Source: an uncultured cyanobacterium (lineage in GTDB: Bacteria > Cyanobacteriota > Cyanobacteriia > Cyanobacteriales > CAWCAG01). Taken from it: a stretch of DNA of 64,000 nt. Below are positions 47,844 through 59,668 of the stretch, one piece after another (position 1 is the stretch's first letter; every line of letters starts with the position of its first letter). Under the pieces are notes generated by a model. It saw only the letters and a program-made list of their open reading frames with translations, was not told the origin of the DNA and did not search any database. The translations under genes were made by a program, and so were the position numbers. Where the stretch lies: positions 512,001 to 576,000 of the forward strand of contig CAWCAG010000005.1 of assembly GCA_963793425.1 (NCBI GenBank), given 5' to 3'.

Positions 47844-50800
47844 TTAAAAATAATCCTGCAACGCCTTGACATCCAAAGGTTTGGATTGTAAGGAACGTAT
47901 TGCGGCTGCTGTTGCTTTCGCACTAGCAATAGTTGTCACCATCGGGATCTTATATGCCAGAATGGTGCGACGAATCAAACGCCCATCTTCTTGTGCCTCT
48001 TGCCCCGAAGGAGTGTTGATAATTAATTGTATTTGCCGATTTTTCACTGCATCTAAGACATGGGGACGACCTTGGTGTAACTTCAAAACCAAGTCTACCT
48101 CTAACCCTTCTTGCTGTAACTTAGCTTGGGTTCCTTCGGTGGCAATAATTTTGAAACCTAAGTCCATAAAATCTTTAACCACAGGAATAACTGCTTCTTT
48201 ATCGCGATCATTAGTAGAAACAAAAACTGTACCGGAAAGGGGTAACTTTTGTCCAGCGGCTAATTCTGCTTTCGCGAAAGCTTTACCAAAGTCTTCATCA
48301 ATACCCATCACCTCCCCGGTAGAACGCATTTCTGGCCCTAAGATGGTATCTGTACCAGGGAACTTTTCAAAAGGTAAGACAGCCTCTTTAACAGCAACGT
48401 GGCTGGGTATCACCTCTTCGGTAAAATTAAGTTCAGCCAAGGTTTGTCCTGACATCACACGGGAAGCGATCGCAGCTAAAGGTACTCCCGTTGCTTTGGA
48501 AACATAAGGGACTGTACGGGAAGCCCTGGGGTTAGCTTCGAGGATGTAAACGGTTTCTCCTTGCACCGCAAATTGGATGTTCATTAAGCCAATTACCTTA
48601 AGGGAGGTGGCTAATTGATGAGTCCAAGTCCGAATAGTCTCTACGGCTTCAGTGGCAAGGGATGTATAGGGGATAGAACAAGCGGAGTCTCCGGAGTGGA
48701 TACCTGCTTGTTCGATGTGTTCCATGATGCCACCAATCACCACCTTACCTGTATGATCGGCGATCGCATCTACATCTACTTCGATGGCATTTTCCAGGAA
48801 CTTATCAATTAAAATGGGATGATCTGGTTCTACTTGCACTGCATAAGTCATGTAGCGTTCTAGTTCTGTATCAGAGTAGACAATTTCCATTGCCCTACCC
48901 CCCAAAACATAGGAAGGGCGTACCACCACAGGATAACTAACTCGGTTGGCGATAACTAACGCCCCTTCATAGCTACGGGCAATACCATTGGGAGGTTGTT
49001 TAATGTCTAACTCCCGCAGAATTTTCTCGAATTTTTCCCGATCTTCTGCTGCATCAATAGAGTCGGGGGAAGTTCCCCAAATTTTAGTATTTGTTTCCTG
49101 TTGCTGTAAGTATTCCTGGAGGGGAAGTGCCAATTTTAGGGGTGTTTGACCGCCAAACTGAATAATAATCCCTTCAGGATGTTCAACCTCAATAATATTG
49201 AGAACATCTTCTTTAGTTAAGGGTTCAAAATAAAGGCGATCGCTGGTGTCATAATCGGTAGAAACAGTTTCTGGGTTGGAGTTGACCATAATTGTCTCAA
49301 AGCCTTCCTTACTCAAAGAAAAAGCAGCGTGACAACAGCAATAATCAAATTCAATTCCTTGCCCAATACGATTTGGTCCACCACCTAAAATCATCACCTT
49401 ACGTTTCTCAGAAGGCATAACTTCAGATTCTTCTGGTTCGTAGGTAGAATAATAGTAGGGGGTAAAAGCTTCAAATTCTGCCGCACAGGTATCCACAACT
49501 TTATAAACAGGAACAATGCCTAAACCCCTACGATAGCTGCGTACCTCATCTTCATGAGTATTAGTGGCAAAAGCAATTTGGCGATCGCTAAATCCTTGTT
49601 GTTTGACTTCCCTTAAGTGTTCTTTGCTTAATTGATTTAAGGGAGTACGTTTGAGGAATCTTTCTGTCAGCAGTAACTCAGCAAACTTATCCAAAAACCA
49701 AATATCAATGCCGGTGAGTTCATAAATCTGTTCGACACTCAAACCTAACTGTAAGGCATTGCGGACGGTGAAAATTCTTTCTGGGTTGGGGGTACGCAAA
49801 CTCGCCCTCACTTGGGGCAGGGAAGGTAACTTTTCTTTTTGATCACAACCAAAGCCATAGCGTCCTGTTTCGAGGGATCTTAAGGCTTTTTGGAAAGATT
49901 CTTGAAATGTACGTCCAATGGCCATAACTTCACCCACAGATTTCATTTGGGTAGTGAGGGTAGCTTTGGAACCGGGGAACTTTTCAAAGGCGAAGCGAGG
50001 GATCTTGGTTACGACATAATCAATAGTTGGCTCAAAAGAGGCAGGAGTTTTTTGGGTAATATCATTAGGGATTTCGTTTAAGGTGTAACCCACAGCTAAT
50101 TTAGCAGCGAATTTAGCAATGGGGAAACCTGTGGCTTTAGAAGCTAAGGCAGAAGAACGAGATACTCTGGGGTTCATTTCAATGACAATTAAGTCCCCAT
50201 TCACTGGATTAACAGCAAATTGAATATTAGAACCTCCTGTTTCTACACCAATTTCCCGAATAATCTTCAAAGAAGCATCTCGCAATCTTTGGTATTCTTT
50301 ATCCGTTAAAGTTTGGGCTGGGGCAACGGTAATGGAGTCTCCGGTATGAATGCCCATGGGGTCAATATTTTCAATGGAACAGATAATCACCACATTATCT
50401 GCCAAATCTCGCATCACTTCTAATTCGTATTCCTTCCAACCCAAAAGGGATTTTTCTACCAAAATTTGGGAAACAGGGCTGGCATCAATACCCCCTTGGG
50501 CCATTTCCTCATATTCTTCTTGGTTATAGGAGATACCCCCACCAGTTCCCCCCATAGTGAAAGCAGGACGAATAATTAAAGGATAAGTACCAATCTGGGT
50601 AGCAATTTCTTTAGCTTCATCAAGGGTACTTGCAATACCAGAAGGACAAACACCAACGCCAATTCTGGCCATTGCTTCTTTAAATAGCAAGCGATCTTCG
50701 GCCATTTCGATGGCTGGAAGTTTGGCCCCAATTAATTCAACTCCATACTTTTCTAAGACACCACTTTTAGCCAAGTCTACAGCCACATTCAGGGCTGTTT

Positions 50801-51077
50801 GACCTCCCATAGTCGGTAACAGGGCATCGGGTTTTTCTTTGGCAATAACCTTCTCAACAATTTCCGGAGTCAGGGGTTCAATGTAAGTCCTGTCGGCAGT
50901 TTCGGGATCAGTCATAATCGAAGCAGGATTGGAGTTAACCAAAACTACTTCATAACCTTCTTCTCGCAGGGCTTTACAAGCCTGAGTTCCAGAGTAATCA
51001 AATTCGCAAGCCTGTCCAATGACAATTGGACCAGAACCAAGAAGCAGAATTTTGTGTAGGTCGTCGCGGCGTGGCAT
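47844..51077 (-). CDS. carB: Carbamoyl-phosphate synthase large subunit
   Basis: [43 protein letters not shown] domain. Confidence 0.98.
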   Translation of the reverse strand: MPRRDDLHKILLLGSGPIVIGQACEFDYSGTQACKALREEGYEVVLVNSNPASIMTDPETADRTYIEPLTPEIVEKVIAKEKPDALLPTMGGQTALNVAVDLAKSGVLEKYGVELIGAKLPAIEMAEDRLLFKEAMARIGVGVCPSGIASTLDEAKEIATQIGTYPLIIRPAFTMGGTGGGISYNQEEYEEMAQGGIDASPVSQILVEKSLLGWKEYELEVMRDLADNVVIICSIENIDPMGIHTGDSITVAPAQTLTDKEYQRLRDASLKIIREIGVETGGSNIQFAVNPVNGDLIVIEMNPRVSRSSALASKATGFPIAKFAAKLAVGYTLNEIPNDITQKTPASFEPTIDYVVTKIPRFAFEKFPGSKATLTTQMKSVGEVMAIGRTFQESFQKALRSLETGRYGFGCDQKEKLPSLPQVRASLRTPNPERIFTVRNALQLGLSVEQIYELTGIDIWFLDKFAELLLTERFLKRTPLNQLSKEHLREVKQQGFSDRQIAFATNTHEDEVRSYRRGLGIVPVYKVVDTCAAEFEAFTPYYYSTYEPEESEVMPSEKRKVMILGGGPNRIGQGIEFDYCCCHAAFSLSKEGFETIMVNSNPETVSTDYDTSDRLYFEPLTKEDVLNIIEVEHPEGIIIQFGGQTPLKLALPLQEYLQQQETNTKIWGTSPDSIDAAEDREKFEKILRELDIKQPPNGIARSYEGALVIANRVSYPVVVRPSYVLGGRAMEIVYSDTELERYMTYAVQVEPDHPILIDKFLENAIEVDVDAIADHTGKVVIGGIMEHIEQAGIHSGDSACSIPYTSLATEAVETIRTWTHQLATSLKVIGLMNIQFAVQGETVYILEANPRASRTVPYVSKATGVPLAAIASRVMSGQTLAELNFTEEVIPSHVAVKEAVLPFEKFPGTDTILGPEMRSTGEVMGIDEDFGKAFAKAELAAGQKLPLSGTVFVSTNDRDKEAVIPVVKDFMDLGFKIIATEGTQAKLQQEGLEVDLVLKLHQGRPHVLDAVKNRQIQLIINTPSGQEAQEDGRLIRRTILAYKIPMVTTIASAKATAAAIRSLQSKPLDVKALQDYF

Positions 51078-51240
51078 AGTTGTTGATGCAAGTAGATACG
51101 GTTGGGCAAATTCTCCCTATTCTATAGGTTATTGGTCATCCTGGTAGTTTTATTTTTGACAGCTTTTTTCTGGTTATTAGAGAAAAAACCAATAAAGCAT
51201 TGATTTATCGAACCTTTTAAGTGCTATGGCTAAAGTACCA

Positions 51241-51873
51241 TCACAGAAAAGAAGCTTGTATATTCTTCATTGCTTGTAATACTTGGAATATTTCATTTTC
51301 TTGAGGATTTAAAAGAGTAAACTTTTTAGATAAAGCGTAGCGTTTGATTTGCTTATTCAATTTCAGAAAAATATAGTCTTCTCCGTTGGTAACTAAACCA
51401 AAAACAGAAGTTTCTGTCTCCGGCTTAGCCATCATATAAGCCAAAGTTTGGGGAATAGCCAGAGAAACATTAAAGCCGTAGCGCTTAGCTTCAATAACCA
51501 CAACCCAAAATTGATTTTGAACCACTAAACCATCAATAAAACCTTTTAAAGGAGTTTCTGAATCATCTATTTCCACTGCAACAGATTTTTCGGCTTTAAG
51601 CTTAAAAGGAGGGTCACACCAAGACAGTAACTCTAATAAAGGAGAAATCATAATAATATTGATCGTCCCTTCGGTAATGGCGTTGTCGTCGGCATAGTAC
51701 CAGTAACGCCTTTTTAAACGCTCTAAAGTTAACTGTTCTGATTCTGTTAGTTCTGGTAATTCTGCATACCATTCAGGGAAAAAATCAGAGTCATGAGTAA
51801 TCTCAAGAGCAAATTTTTCTCTAATATCTCTGAGACTTTTAATTCGATCAGTAACGGCAAGTGATTCAACCAT
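51241..51873 (-). CDS. PD-(D/E)xK nuclease-like protein (type I restriction HSDR N-terminal-like)
   Basis: EGTI...ISPLL, GFIDGLVV...VIEAKR, QTLAYM, GLVTNG.DYIF. Confidence 0.8.
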   Translation of the reverse strand: MVESLAVTDRIKSLRDIREKFALEITHDSDFFPEWYAELPELTESEQLTLERLKRRYWYYADDNAITEGTINIIMISPLLELLSWCDPPFKLKAEKSVAVEIDDSETPLKGFIDGLVVQNQFWVVVIEAKRYGFNVSLAIPQTLAYMMAKPETETSVFGLVTNGEDYIFLKLNKQIKRYALSKKFTLLNPQENEIFQVLQAMKNIQASFL

Positions 51874-51889
51874 CAAAACTGCTCCCTGC

Positions 51890-54160
51890 TTAGACAATCT
51901 GATAAACAAAGCTCAAACTTGCCCAAGTCTTAACATCTAAAGCATAAACATCAGCAGCAGAACCTGTAACTTCTGAGTCTACAGCACTCCCTTGATGTAA
52001 ATCTTCTAAGATTGCTTTCGCTACCGCCAGGGGCTTTTCTAAATAGACTACCTCTTCCTCCATTTTGAGCCTTTGGGTGCTGTTGATAGCTTCCAGGGTG
52101 GCTTGGAAAGGAGAATAGCTAGCAATAAGCTGAATTTTAGCTACTCCTGCTGGTCCACGGGCTTTCATTTTTACCGCAGCAAGGTTAGGAAGAGCTAGGG
52201 TTTCTCCGCTTGCCACTAATACATTTTGTAATAAGCGCTCATTCTGAGAATTTCCCTGTTCCTGATTATAGGGTTGGGGAGAAGAAAATGCGATCGCATT
52301 TCCGGCGGAATCTATACCTACCAAGATGGCATAAATTGGTTGATTGCTAGTATTTTTGATACGGAACTGAATTTGACTATTAGCTGCGATCGCTGGTATT
52401 TCTTGGGAGGTTCCTGTTTCTATTTGGCGAAGACTTGGGGAAGATAATCTCAAGGTTTCTAGGGTGGTTAAGGGGGTAACCTCCTTCGTACCCTCATCTA
52501 CCTTTTCCAAAATAGCTTTAATACCTAAGCGGGAAGAGCCTTCGTTGGCGCTTAAGTGCCAGAATTTTGCGGCTAGTAAGCTTTCTAATTTGAAAGCTAA
52601 CCTGTTTACAGCAGGTTTAATCGCCTCATAAGCAATTCCTTCTGTGTTTGGTATGGGTAAACCGCTGATCGTATATAGCCCATAACCCCCTTGTGAATTT
52701 CCTGAGAGAATTTTACTCTCATCGTGGGGAATTGATTCGGCAAACCGACCAAACAAACAATCTACTTTTTGTTCTCCTAATGTCGCTAGAGAGGAGACAG
52801 CATCCAAGTTAGCAAAAGCGCTGGTGGCATCAACTCTTTCTATTCTTTCTAATTCTTGGGTAAAAGCCACTGTTAAGGTTAAATTACGGGGCAAGATCCT
52901 AATTAGTTCTTGTACCAATTGTCCAGAGGTGATTTGATAATCTTCTTGGGCTGTTTTATCTACCAAGCGGGCTTTAGCTGTTAATCCTTCCCGTGAACGA
53001 AGTTGTAGTTGAGTTGTCTTACTGACGCTTGGCTGCTCTGAAGGGTTGAGAAGCAGAAAACGAGAATTTAGACCATAGTTGTCTAAGAGTAGAGGAGGAA
53101 GACCACAAAGCTTCACCTGAGCGCTTTTGCCAGCATCTTCTACTCCTACTACCACCCCTTCTGCCCCTACCGGTTGAGCTGGAAGTAAATAGTAAGCTAA
53201 AAGCGCTTGTTTGAGTTTATCTCCTGCTAAGCGAGGTTGCTGTTGTTTGCCCATAACTTGCTCAACAGTTTTATTGACCCTTTTTAGGCTAATTTGTACT
53301 GAACTTGGGGGAGTAACCTGCCAGAGATATTGAGTTAGGGCATAGGTAAACAAACCAGCACTAAAACCATCCCATTTTCCTTCTACGGCTATTTGGTTAG
53401 CCCCGGCTGCTGTTAACCAAGAACCCACTAACTGGGATTTAGTTCGTGGGTCAATTTTTTTGCCTCCAGTATTGATTTTGAGGAGTAACTTTTCTTGGAA
53501 AGCTAATTCTTCGGGGCTTGATTTTTTCGCCGGTAGTTTAGGATAAGAGCGCAGTTTCAAGTTACCCTGAAAGTCCTTGCCAGTATTCACATAGCTGGTA
53601 TCTAAGACCATAGTGACTTTTTTGGTGGCTAAGGATTGAGCCAGTAAGATTAGGGTATCTTCTAAAAGTTCATTGACTACTGGGCTACCTTTGGTTTGTA
53701 AACTCCCATCCACGGGTATTAAGCTATTGGCAAAGCCTTCTGTTCCCGGTATGTCTACCTGAGAGCCATAGCCGCTAAAATGAAAGACGACAACATCATC
53801 ACTTTGGGCTTGTCCGGTGAGATGTTCAATGAAAGCCGTTTCAATATCCTCCCTTGTCGCTTGCTTATCTTTAAGAATTAAGATATCTTCAGGCAAAAAA
53901 CCGAAACGGTGAATTAATAATTCCCGTTGCAATTCCACATCTGTTAGGCAACCCATCAAGTTCTGGCCGCGAGGATATTGGTTAATGCCCACCAAAAGGG
54001 CTAATTTCCTGGCACTAGGTTGAGCCAGAGTTTGTAAATAACGATCAATTAAAGGAGCAGCTAAGCTACTCTTGCCCCAAGGTAACAGCCCTTGTGCTGC
54101 CCCAAGAGAGAGAATTGCCTTAGCAGTTCTTTGTAAAAAAGTTCGCCGATCCATTCCCAT
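51890..54160 (-). CDS. Caspase-family (C14) pseudo-orthocaspase with Tat signal and C-terminal DUF4384-like domain
   Basis: MDRRTFLQ twin-arginine motif; KLALLVGINQY, L.GC..DV; dyad positions read FSGYG and LDTSY. Confidence 0.88.
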   Translation of the reverse strand: MGMDRRTFLQRTAKAILSLGAAQGLLPWGKSSLAAPLIDRYLQTLAQPSARKLALLVGINQYPRGQNLMGCLTDVELQRELLIHRFGFLPEDILILKDKQATREDIETAFIEHLTGQAQSDDVVVFHFSGYGSQVDIPGTEGFANSLIPVDGSLQTKGSPVVNELLEDTLILLAQSLATKKVTMVLDTSYVNTGKDFQGNLKLRSYPKLPAKKSSPEELAFQEKLLLKINTGGKKIDPRTKSQLVGSWLTAAGANQIAVEGKWDGFSAGLFTYALTQYLWQVTPPSSVQISLKRVNKTVEQVMGKQQQPRLAGDKLKQALLAYYLLPAQPVGAEGVVVGVEDAGKSAQVKLCGLPPLLLDNYGLNSRFLLLNPSEQPSVSKTTQLQLRSREGLTAKARLVDKTAQEDYQITSGQLVQELIRILPRNLTLTVAFTQELERIERVDATSAFANLDAVSSLATLGEQKVDCLFGRFAESIPHDESKILSGNSQGGYGLYTISGLPIPNTEGIAYEAIKPAVNRLAFKLESLLAAKFWHLSANEGSSRLGIKAILEKVDEGTKEVTPLTTLETLRLSSPSLRQIETGTSQEIPAIAANSQIQFRIKNTSNQPIYAILVGIDSAGNAIAFSSPQPYNQEQGNSQNERLLQNVLVASGETLALPNLAAVKMKARGPAGVAKIQLIASYSPFQATLEAINSTQRLKMEEEVVYLEKPLAVAKAILEDLHQGSAVDSEVTGSAADVYALDVKTWASLSFVYQIV

Positions 54161-54415
54161 ATCAGCCCCAAACTCTCAGACACTAGGTATCAGAGTACCA
54201 GTAATAAACGATTCTCGGTTAGCGAATGTTAGGGATTTGACATAAAACAGGGAGCAGGGTTAGCGTTAGGCTGGCTGTAAGCGACAGGGGCCTGTGAACT
54301 TTATTAGGTCGATTTTATAAAGGTACTTTAGTAACCTGATTTGATATAAAATTCCCCATCACCCCATCACCCCATCACCCTAGCTCCCTATTTTCCTAGC
54401 TCCCTATTTCCCATT

Positions 54416-55582
54416 CTAATCGTGCATAGCTTTCGCTAATTCTGCTGCCACTTCTGGGCGAGAAAATTCTGGTGGTGGCAACTCCCCATTACGAAGCATG
54501 GCACGTACTTTTGTTCCGGAAAGGTGTACCCTTTCTTCTGGTTTACTAGGGCTGGTTTTTGCGGTAGCCATCTGTTTGGTTCGGGTACAGTAAAAGGCGT
54601 GTTCAAATTTCATGGGGGTGATGCCTAGTTCTTCAGGAGAAAATTCGTTGAAGATTTCTTGGGCATCATAGGTTCCATAATAGTCCCCAACTCCGGCATG
54701 ATCACGACCGACGATAAAGTGGGTACAGCCGTAGTTTTTGCGGACGATGGCATGGAGAATAGCTTCTCTCGGCCCCGCATAGCGCATGGCGGCGGGATAA
54801 ATGGCGAGGATAACTCTGTCTTGGGGATAATAATTTTCTAAGAGAATTTCATAGCAGCGCATTCGCACGTCAGCAGGAATATCATCACTCTTGGTTGCCC
54901 CCACCAAAGGATGTAAAAACAACCCGTCAACGGTTTCTAAGGCGCATTTCTGGATGTATTCGTGGGCGCGGTGGATGGGGTTGCGGGTTTGGAAACCGAC
55001 GATGGTTTTTAAGCCCTTTTCCCTGAAAATGTTTCTTGAATCTACTGGGTCGATTTGATATTTAGGAAAAAGTGGGTGAGGATCTCTTTGCAGTAGCCAA
55101 ACTGGTCCGGCTAAGTTAATTGCTCCTTGGTCATAAACTACTTTAACTCCGGGATGTTTATCCTCATCAGTTAAGTAGACGTTGGTGGCTTCTTTTTTCT
55201 TGTCGTAGGCATATTTTTGGGTTAATTCCAAAATACCAACGAAGTTTCCTTGAGGATCATCAAGACGAATATCGCTACCGATGGTTAAAGGTTCAGCAAT
55301 TTCTTCGCTAACGGAAAGGGTGATGGGAATTGACCAAGGAATACCACTCATCAGCCGCATATTTGTGACTACCCGTTCGTAGTCTGCTTGTTCCATGAAG
55401 CCTTCTAGGGGGCTAAAACCCCCAATAGCAATCATAATTAAGTCAGACACAGCACGTTCATCTAGTTGAACGCGAGGTAAGCTTTTTGCTTTTTCTATAT
55501 ATTCTTCTTTTTGTTCCGGACTAGCAATACGATTGATTAGCTGTCCGCCATGAGGAGCAATGTTACCAGAACTAACATTCAT
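54416..55582 (-). CDS. sat: Sulfate adenylyltransferase
   Basis: [42 protein letters not shown]. Confidence 0.97.
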   Translation of the reverse strand: MNVSSGNIAPHGGQLINRIASPEQKEEYIEKAKSLPRVQLDERAVSDLIMIAIGGFSPLEGFMEQADYERVVTNMRLMSGIPWSIPITLSVSEEIAEPLTIGSDIRLDDPQGNFVGILELTQKYAYDKKKEATNVYLTDEDKHPGVKVVYDQGAINLAGPVWLLQRDPHPLFPKYQIDPVDSRNIFREKGLKTIVGFQTRNPIHRAHEYIQKCALETVDGLFLHPLVGATKSDDIPADVRMRCYEILLENYYPQDRVILAIYPAAMRYAGPREAILHAIVRKNYGCTHFIVGRDHAGVGDYYGTYDAQEIFNEFSPEELGITPMKFEHAFYCTRTKQMATAKTSPSKPEERVHLSGTKVRAMLRNGELPPPEFSRPEVAAELAKAMHD

Positions 55583-55719
55583 ACTTTTTTTAGATTTGGG
55601 CTTCCAAGGATAGATCCTATCAGTTATCAATGATCAATGGTCAATGATCAGTCTTATTGCGGAAACGGTAACGGTATAAGATAGTGTTACTGAGGGCAAT
55701 TGGGGAGGTCTTAATTGAG

Positions 55720-57092
55720 ATGCGTAGACCAATTTTAGTGGGTGGGGTTAGTCTTTCTTTGGGTTTGTGGCTATGGCAAAGCTGGCACGAATCTATTATG
55801 CAGGTGGGGGAGTTTGGTTTGGTGGGGGCGATCGCCCTTGGTACGGGTTTTTGGTTATGGAAACAAAAAAGTTCTTTTTCTTCTTCTGTTTCTGTTTCTG
55901 AGGTTTTGTCCCCTGTGGATCAAGAAACTGTGGAAGCTGCGATCGCCACAGCAGAGAAGACGATTGATTATTTAGAGTCGGAAGCAGACAGTTTTGCTGT
56001 TGAGGCATTGAGGGTTAAGTTAAATCAGTTACCAGAGTTACTGCACCGCGAGGTTTTACAAGTTGCGATCGCTGGGGGGAAGAAGGTTGGGAAAAGTAGT
56101 TTACAAGCAATTTTGGGGGCAGGGGAAGAGGAAGATATTATTTGGCAAGAGATTCCGGTTGAGGAGAAAGTTCCGGTTGCTGCTGATTTGGTTTTATATC
56201 TCACCGGGGGAGATATAACGGATTCTGAGTTGAAAGTTTTGCAAAAGTTGAGTGGGAATCGCTATGGTATTTTGCTGTTGTTGAATAAACAAGATTGCTA
56301 TTTGCCAGAAGAAGGGATGGCAATTATTCAGCAGTTGCGAAGGAGAATAGAAGGGGTTTTAGTTAAGGAAAATGTTTTGGGTATTGCTGCTGCCCCCGGA
56401 GATGTGAAGGTACGGCAACATCAAGAAGATGGTGCGGTAGAGGAATGGTGGGAACCACAACAGCCAGATATAGAGGGTTTGCATTTTCCTTTGCAGCAGT
56501 TATTGAAGGAAGAAAAGGAACAGTTAGTTTGGGCAACTACTTGGCGGCAAGCTATGGCGTTGCAAGAGGAAGCTAAGGAAGTTATTAATAATCTCCGTCG
56601 CGATCGCGCTTTACCAATTATGGAGAAATACCAATGGGTAGCAGCGGCGGCGGCTTTTGCGAACCCAGTCCCCGCGTTGGATATGTTAGCGACGGCGGCG
56701 ATTAATGCTCAGTTAGTAGTGGATTTGGGGGCTATTTATCAACAAAAGTTTTCCCTTGCCCAGGCACAAAATGCGGCGGAACTTTGGGTAAGCTGATGGT
56801 GCAATTAGGGCTGGTGGAACTTTCAACCCAAACTATTGGCAGCATTCTCAAGAGTCATGGTTTGACTTATGTGGCGGGGGGTGCTGTGCAAGGAGTGAGT
56901 GCAGCTTATTTGACTAGGTTGGCAGGGTTGAGTTTGATGGCTTATTTTCAAGAACAACAGCTTGATTCTAGTTGTGGGGAAGGTTTCAATTTTGCTAAGT
57001 TAGGGGAGAAGTTACAAGCGGTTTTCCAAAGTAACCAGCGTCAGGCTTTTTTACAAGGGTTTGTTAAGCAAGTTATGGCGAGTTCGCTTTGA
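55720..57092 (+). pseudogene. DUF697/YcjF-like (GTPase-like) protein split by a -1 frameshift near 56779
   Basis: ORFs 55684-56796 and 56784-57092 join as AAGTLGKLMVQLG if one G is restored in gcggcgg[g]aactttg; may be a sequencing error. Confidence 0.8.
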
Positions 57093-57224
57093 GGTTTTTT
57101 GCTCAAAACAAAGGCACACGAATTAATTCGGCGGCTTATCTCATACCGAAATCATTAATTCTTACCTCTTTTCCCTGTAGCCTACAAAATCTAGTCCGTA
57201 CCTCACAAGTTATAGAATTGCTAT

Positions 57225-58856
57225 ATGAATCTTATCTATCTTCTGCTACGTACTTCCTGGTTAACGGTGGTTTTAGCTGTTCTTACCGGTTTATTGAGTG
57301 GAGCTAGTAGTACAGGTTTAGTTGCTTTAACCAATACGGCTTTAACTAATAATAGTCGTTGGTCGGAGCAACAGCTTTTGATTAGCTTTATTGTGCTGTG
57401 CTTCACTTTATTAATCACTAACTTTTGTTCGCAAATTCTTCTCGCTCGTCTTTCCCAAAGTGCTGTATTTGATTTAAGAATTTACCTCAGCCGTCGTATT
57501 CTCGCTTCACCCCTACGGAGGTTAGAAGAAATCGGTATAGCTAGTTTACTCGCAACTCTTACAGATGATGTACAATCTGTTTCTTTAATTCTCTCTCGCT
57601 TACCTTTTATTTGTACAAACTTGGCTATCGTGGTTAGCTGCTTAATTTATTTAAGCTGGCTTTCCTTAGCCGTTTTTTGGTTAATGTTAGTTGTTTTGAT
57701 TGTAGCTGTTGTTAGCAGTGAATTATTAATTGCTAAAGGTCAAAAAATGTTTTCCTTAGCAAGAGAGGAACAAGACAAGCTCTTTCAACACTTTCGTACT
57801 ATCACAGAAGGAATCAAAGAACTTAAATTACATCAACCTCGCCAAGAAGCTTTCTTTAACCAAGACTTGGTGACAACAGCCAATGCCTCCCGGCGTTACA
57901 CTATCAAGGCTTTTACAACTTTTTCTATTGCCTCTAGTTGGGGACTAATGAACCTTTTTATCGCTTTGGGGATAATTGTTTTTCTGGTTCCCAATTTAGT
58001 AGAAACAACCCCAGAGATTTTATCTGGCTATGCTTTAGTTACCATTTATTTGATTTTGCCCTTAAATGCAGTAATCAATGCCTTACCGGATTTTAGTAAA
58101 GCAGCGATCGCCCTAGCTAAAATTGACTCATTAGGCTTATCTTTAGCAGCAGAAACCAAAGAAAAAGAAGTCAGTAATTTAGCCTCTCCACAAAATTCCT
58201 GGCAGCATTTACAGCTTACAAACACAGCCCACAATTACCACAACGAAAAAGAAGACAGTCGCTTTACGTTAGGCCCTATTAACCTCACCATCAAAGCTGG
58301 AGAGCTAGTTTTTATTGTTGGGGGTAACGGTAGCGGCAAATCTACTTTAGCTAAATTAATTACCGGGCTATATTCTCCTGAATCTGGGATTATCTATTTG
58401 GATAAACAACCTATAAGCGATCATAATCGAGGTTGGTATCGACAACATTTTGCCGTTGTCTTTGCTGACTTTTATCTTTTTGAGCGTCTCGTCGGATTAG
58501 AGCAGCCTGAATTTGAGAAACAAGCCCAAAAGTTTTTAAAAACCTTGCAACTCGAACATAAAGTGAAAATCAACTCAGGAAAACTTTCTACCACTGCCCT
58601 ATCCCAGGGACAACGTAAAAGATTAGCTTTGTTGAATGCTTACTTAGAAGATCGTCCCATTTATTTATTTGATGAGTGGGCTTCAGATCAAGATCCTCTG
58701 TTTCGGGAGATTTTTTATACTCAATTATTACAGGAACTAAAAAATAGAGGTAAAACTCTACTAGTAATAAGTCATGATGATCATTATTTCCATTTAGCAG
58801 ACAGAATCATCAAATTAGATTATGGTCAAGTTGAGTACGACAATTATCAAAGATAA
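57225..58856 (+). CDS. Cyclic peptide export ABC transporter (SyrD/PvdE/YojI family)
   Basis: TMD plus GGNGSGKST, LSQGQRKRLAL, FDEWASDQDP, ISHDD. Confidence 0.93.
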   Translation: MNLIYLLLRTSWLTVVLAVLTGLLSGASSTGLVALTNTALTNNSRWSEQQLLISFIVLCFTLLITNFCSQILLARLSQSAVFDLRIYLSRRILASPLRRLEEIGIASLLATLTDDVQSVSLILSRLPFICTNLAIVVSCLIYLSWLSLAVFWLMLVVLIVAVVSSELLIAKGQKMFSLAREEQDKLFQHFRTITEGIKELKLHQPRQEAFFNQDLVTTANASRRYTIKAFTTFSIASSWGLMNLFIALGIIVFLVPNLVETTPEILSGYALVTIYLILPLNAVINALPDFSKAAIALAKIDSLGLSLAAETKEKEVSNLASPQNSWQHLQLTNTAHNYHNEKEDSRFTLGPINLTIKAGELVFIVGGNGSGKSTLAKLITGLYSPESGIIYLDKQPISDHNRGWYRQHFAVVFADFYLFERLVGLEQPEFEKQAQKFLKTLQLEHKVKINSGKLSTTALSQGQRKRLALLNAYLEDRPIYLFDEWASDQDPLFREIFYTQLLQELKNRGKTLLVISHDDHYFHLADRIIKLDYGQVEYDNYQR

Positions 58857-58974
58857 AAGGTAGTGATGATGAGATGATGATGAAGAAACAATTAGCCATT
58901 AGCCACTAGCTATTACCTGTTTCAATATCTGTAACGGCGGATCTAATAACTTTGTATTTGTTTAATCTATATTT

Positions 58975-59562
58975 ATGCAGCCCACCGTGACGACGTACCC
59001 GTCTGTTCCTCAGTGGGAGGAATTGTCCCTCGCCCAAGCACCCGATGCTAAGCAACTCGACAATATTAAATCCCACTTGGACTTAGTATTACTAGCCCTA
59101 GAAGCTCTTACCGCCATCGGTTCGGAGGCTATGCTCAAAGCAGCCAGAGATTTGGGGTTAGAGTCGGTGATTGGTGATCGTGTTGCTCTATGGCGGCTGC
59201 GTCAAGCTAATCCTCAACGTAAAAGTTCAGGAGGAAGGAAAAAACTTGATGTGGAAGAAGCGCGATCGCTCGTTCTGATTATTTGTTACTTAGCCCAAGA
59301 GTACCAAGAATTAATCCGCCGTGCTGTTAGTTTGCTCGAACAAATGGCAGAACAAAACCAAGAACCCCATCGCAGCGCTTTATTAGGAGACTATTTAGAT
59401 GTATTCAGCAATACCTATCAAGAACGCATGGAAGATGGAGAAAATATATCTTCTACCTTTTTGTCTCAGTTGGCATTCAAACTCTTGATTGATCTACTCT
59501 TTTACAGTTCTCCCAAAGGGCATCGTCGCCTCTGGCTAGCTTTATTAGATTATGCCAAATAA
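58975..59562 (+). CDS. DUF3038 family protein
   Basis: LDLVLLALEAL, LWRLRQANP, LLFYS...G..RLW. Confidence 0.85.
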   Translation: MQPTVTTYPSVPQWEELSLAQAPDAKQLDNIKSHLDLVLLALEALTAIGSEAMLKAARDLGLESVIGDRVALWRLRQANPQRKSSGGRKKLDVEEARSLVLIICYLAQEYQELIRRAVSLLEQMAEQNQEPHRSALLGDYLDVFSNTYQERMEDGENISSTFLSQLAFKLLIDLLFYSSPKGHRRLWLALLDYAK

Positions 59563-59668
59563 AGGTTTTTGCGCTTTTGCTAACAGCTAATCGAAATATA
59601 TTTTATAACGATAAAAACTACTTTATGTTTCTCTTGCTCCGCTTATCCTTATTCTCACTTCTTCGGCA

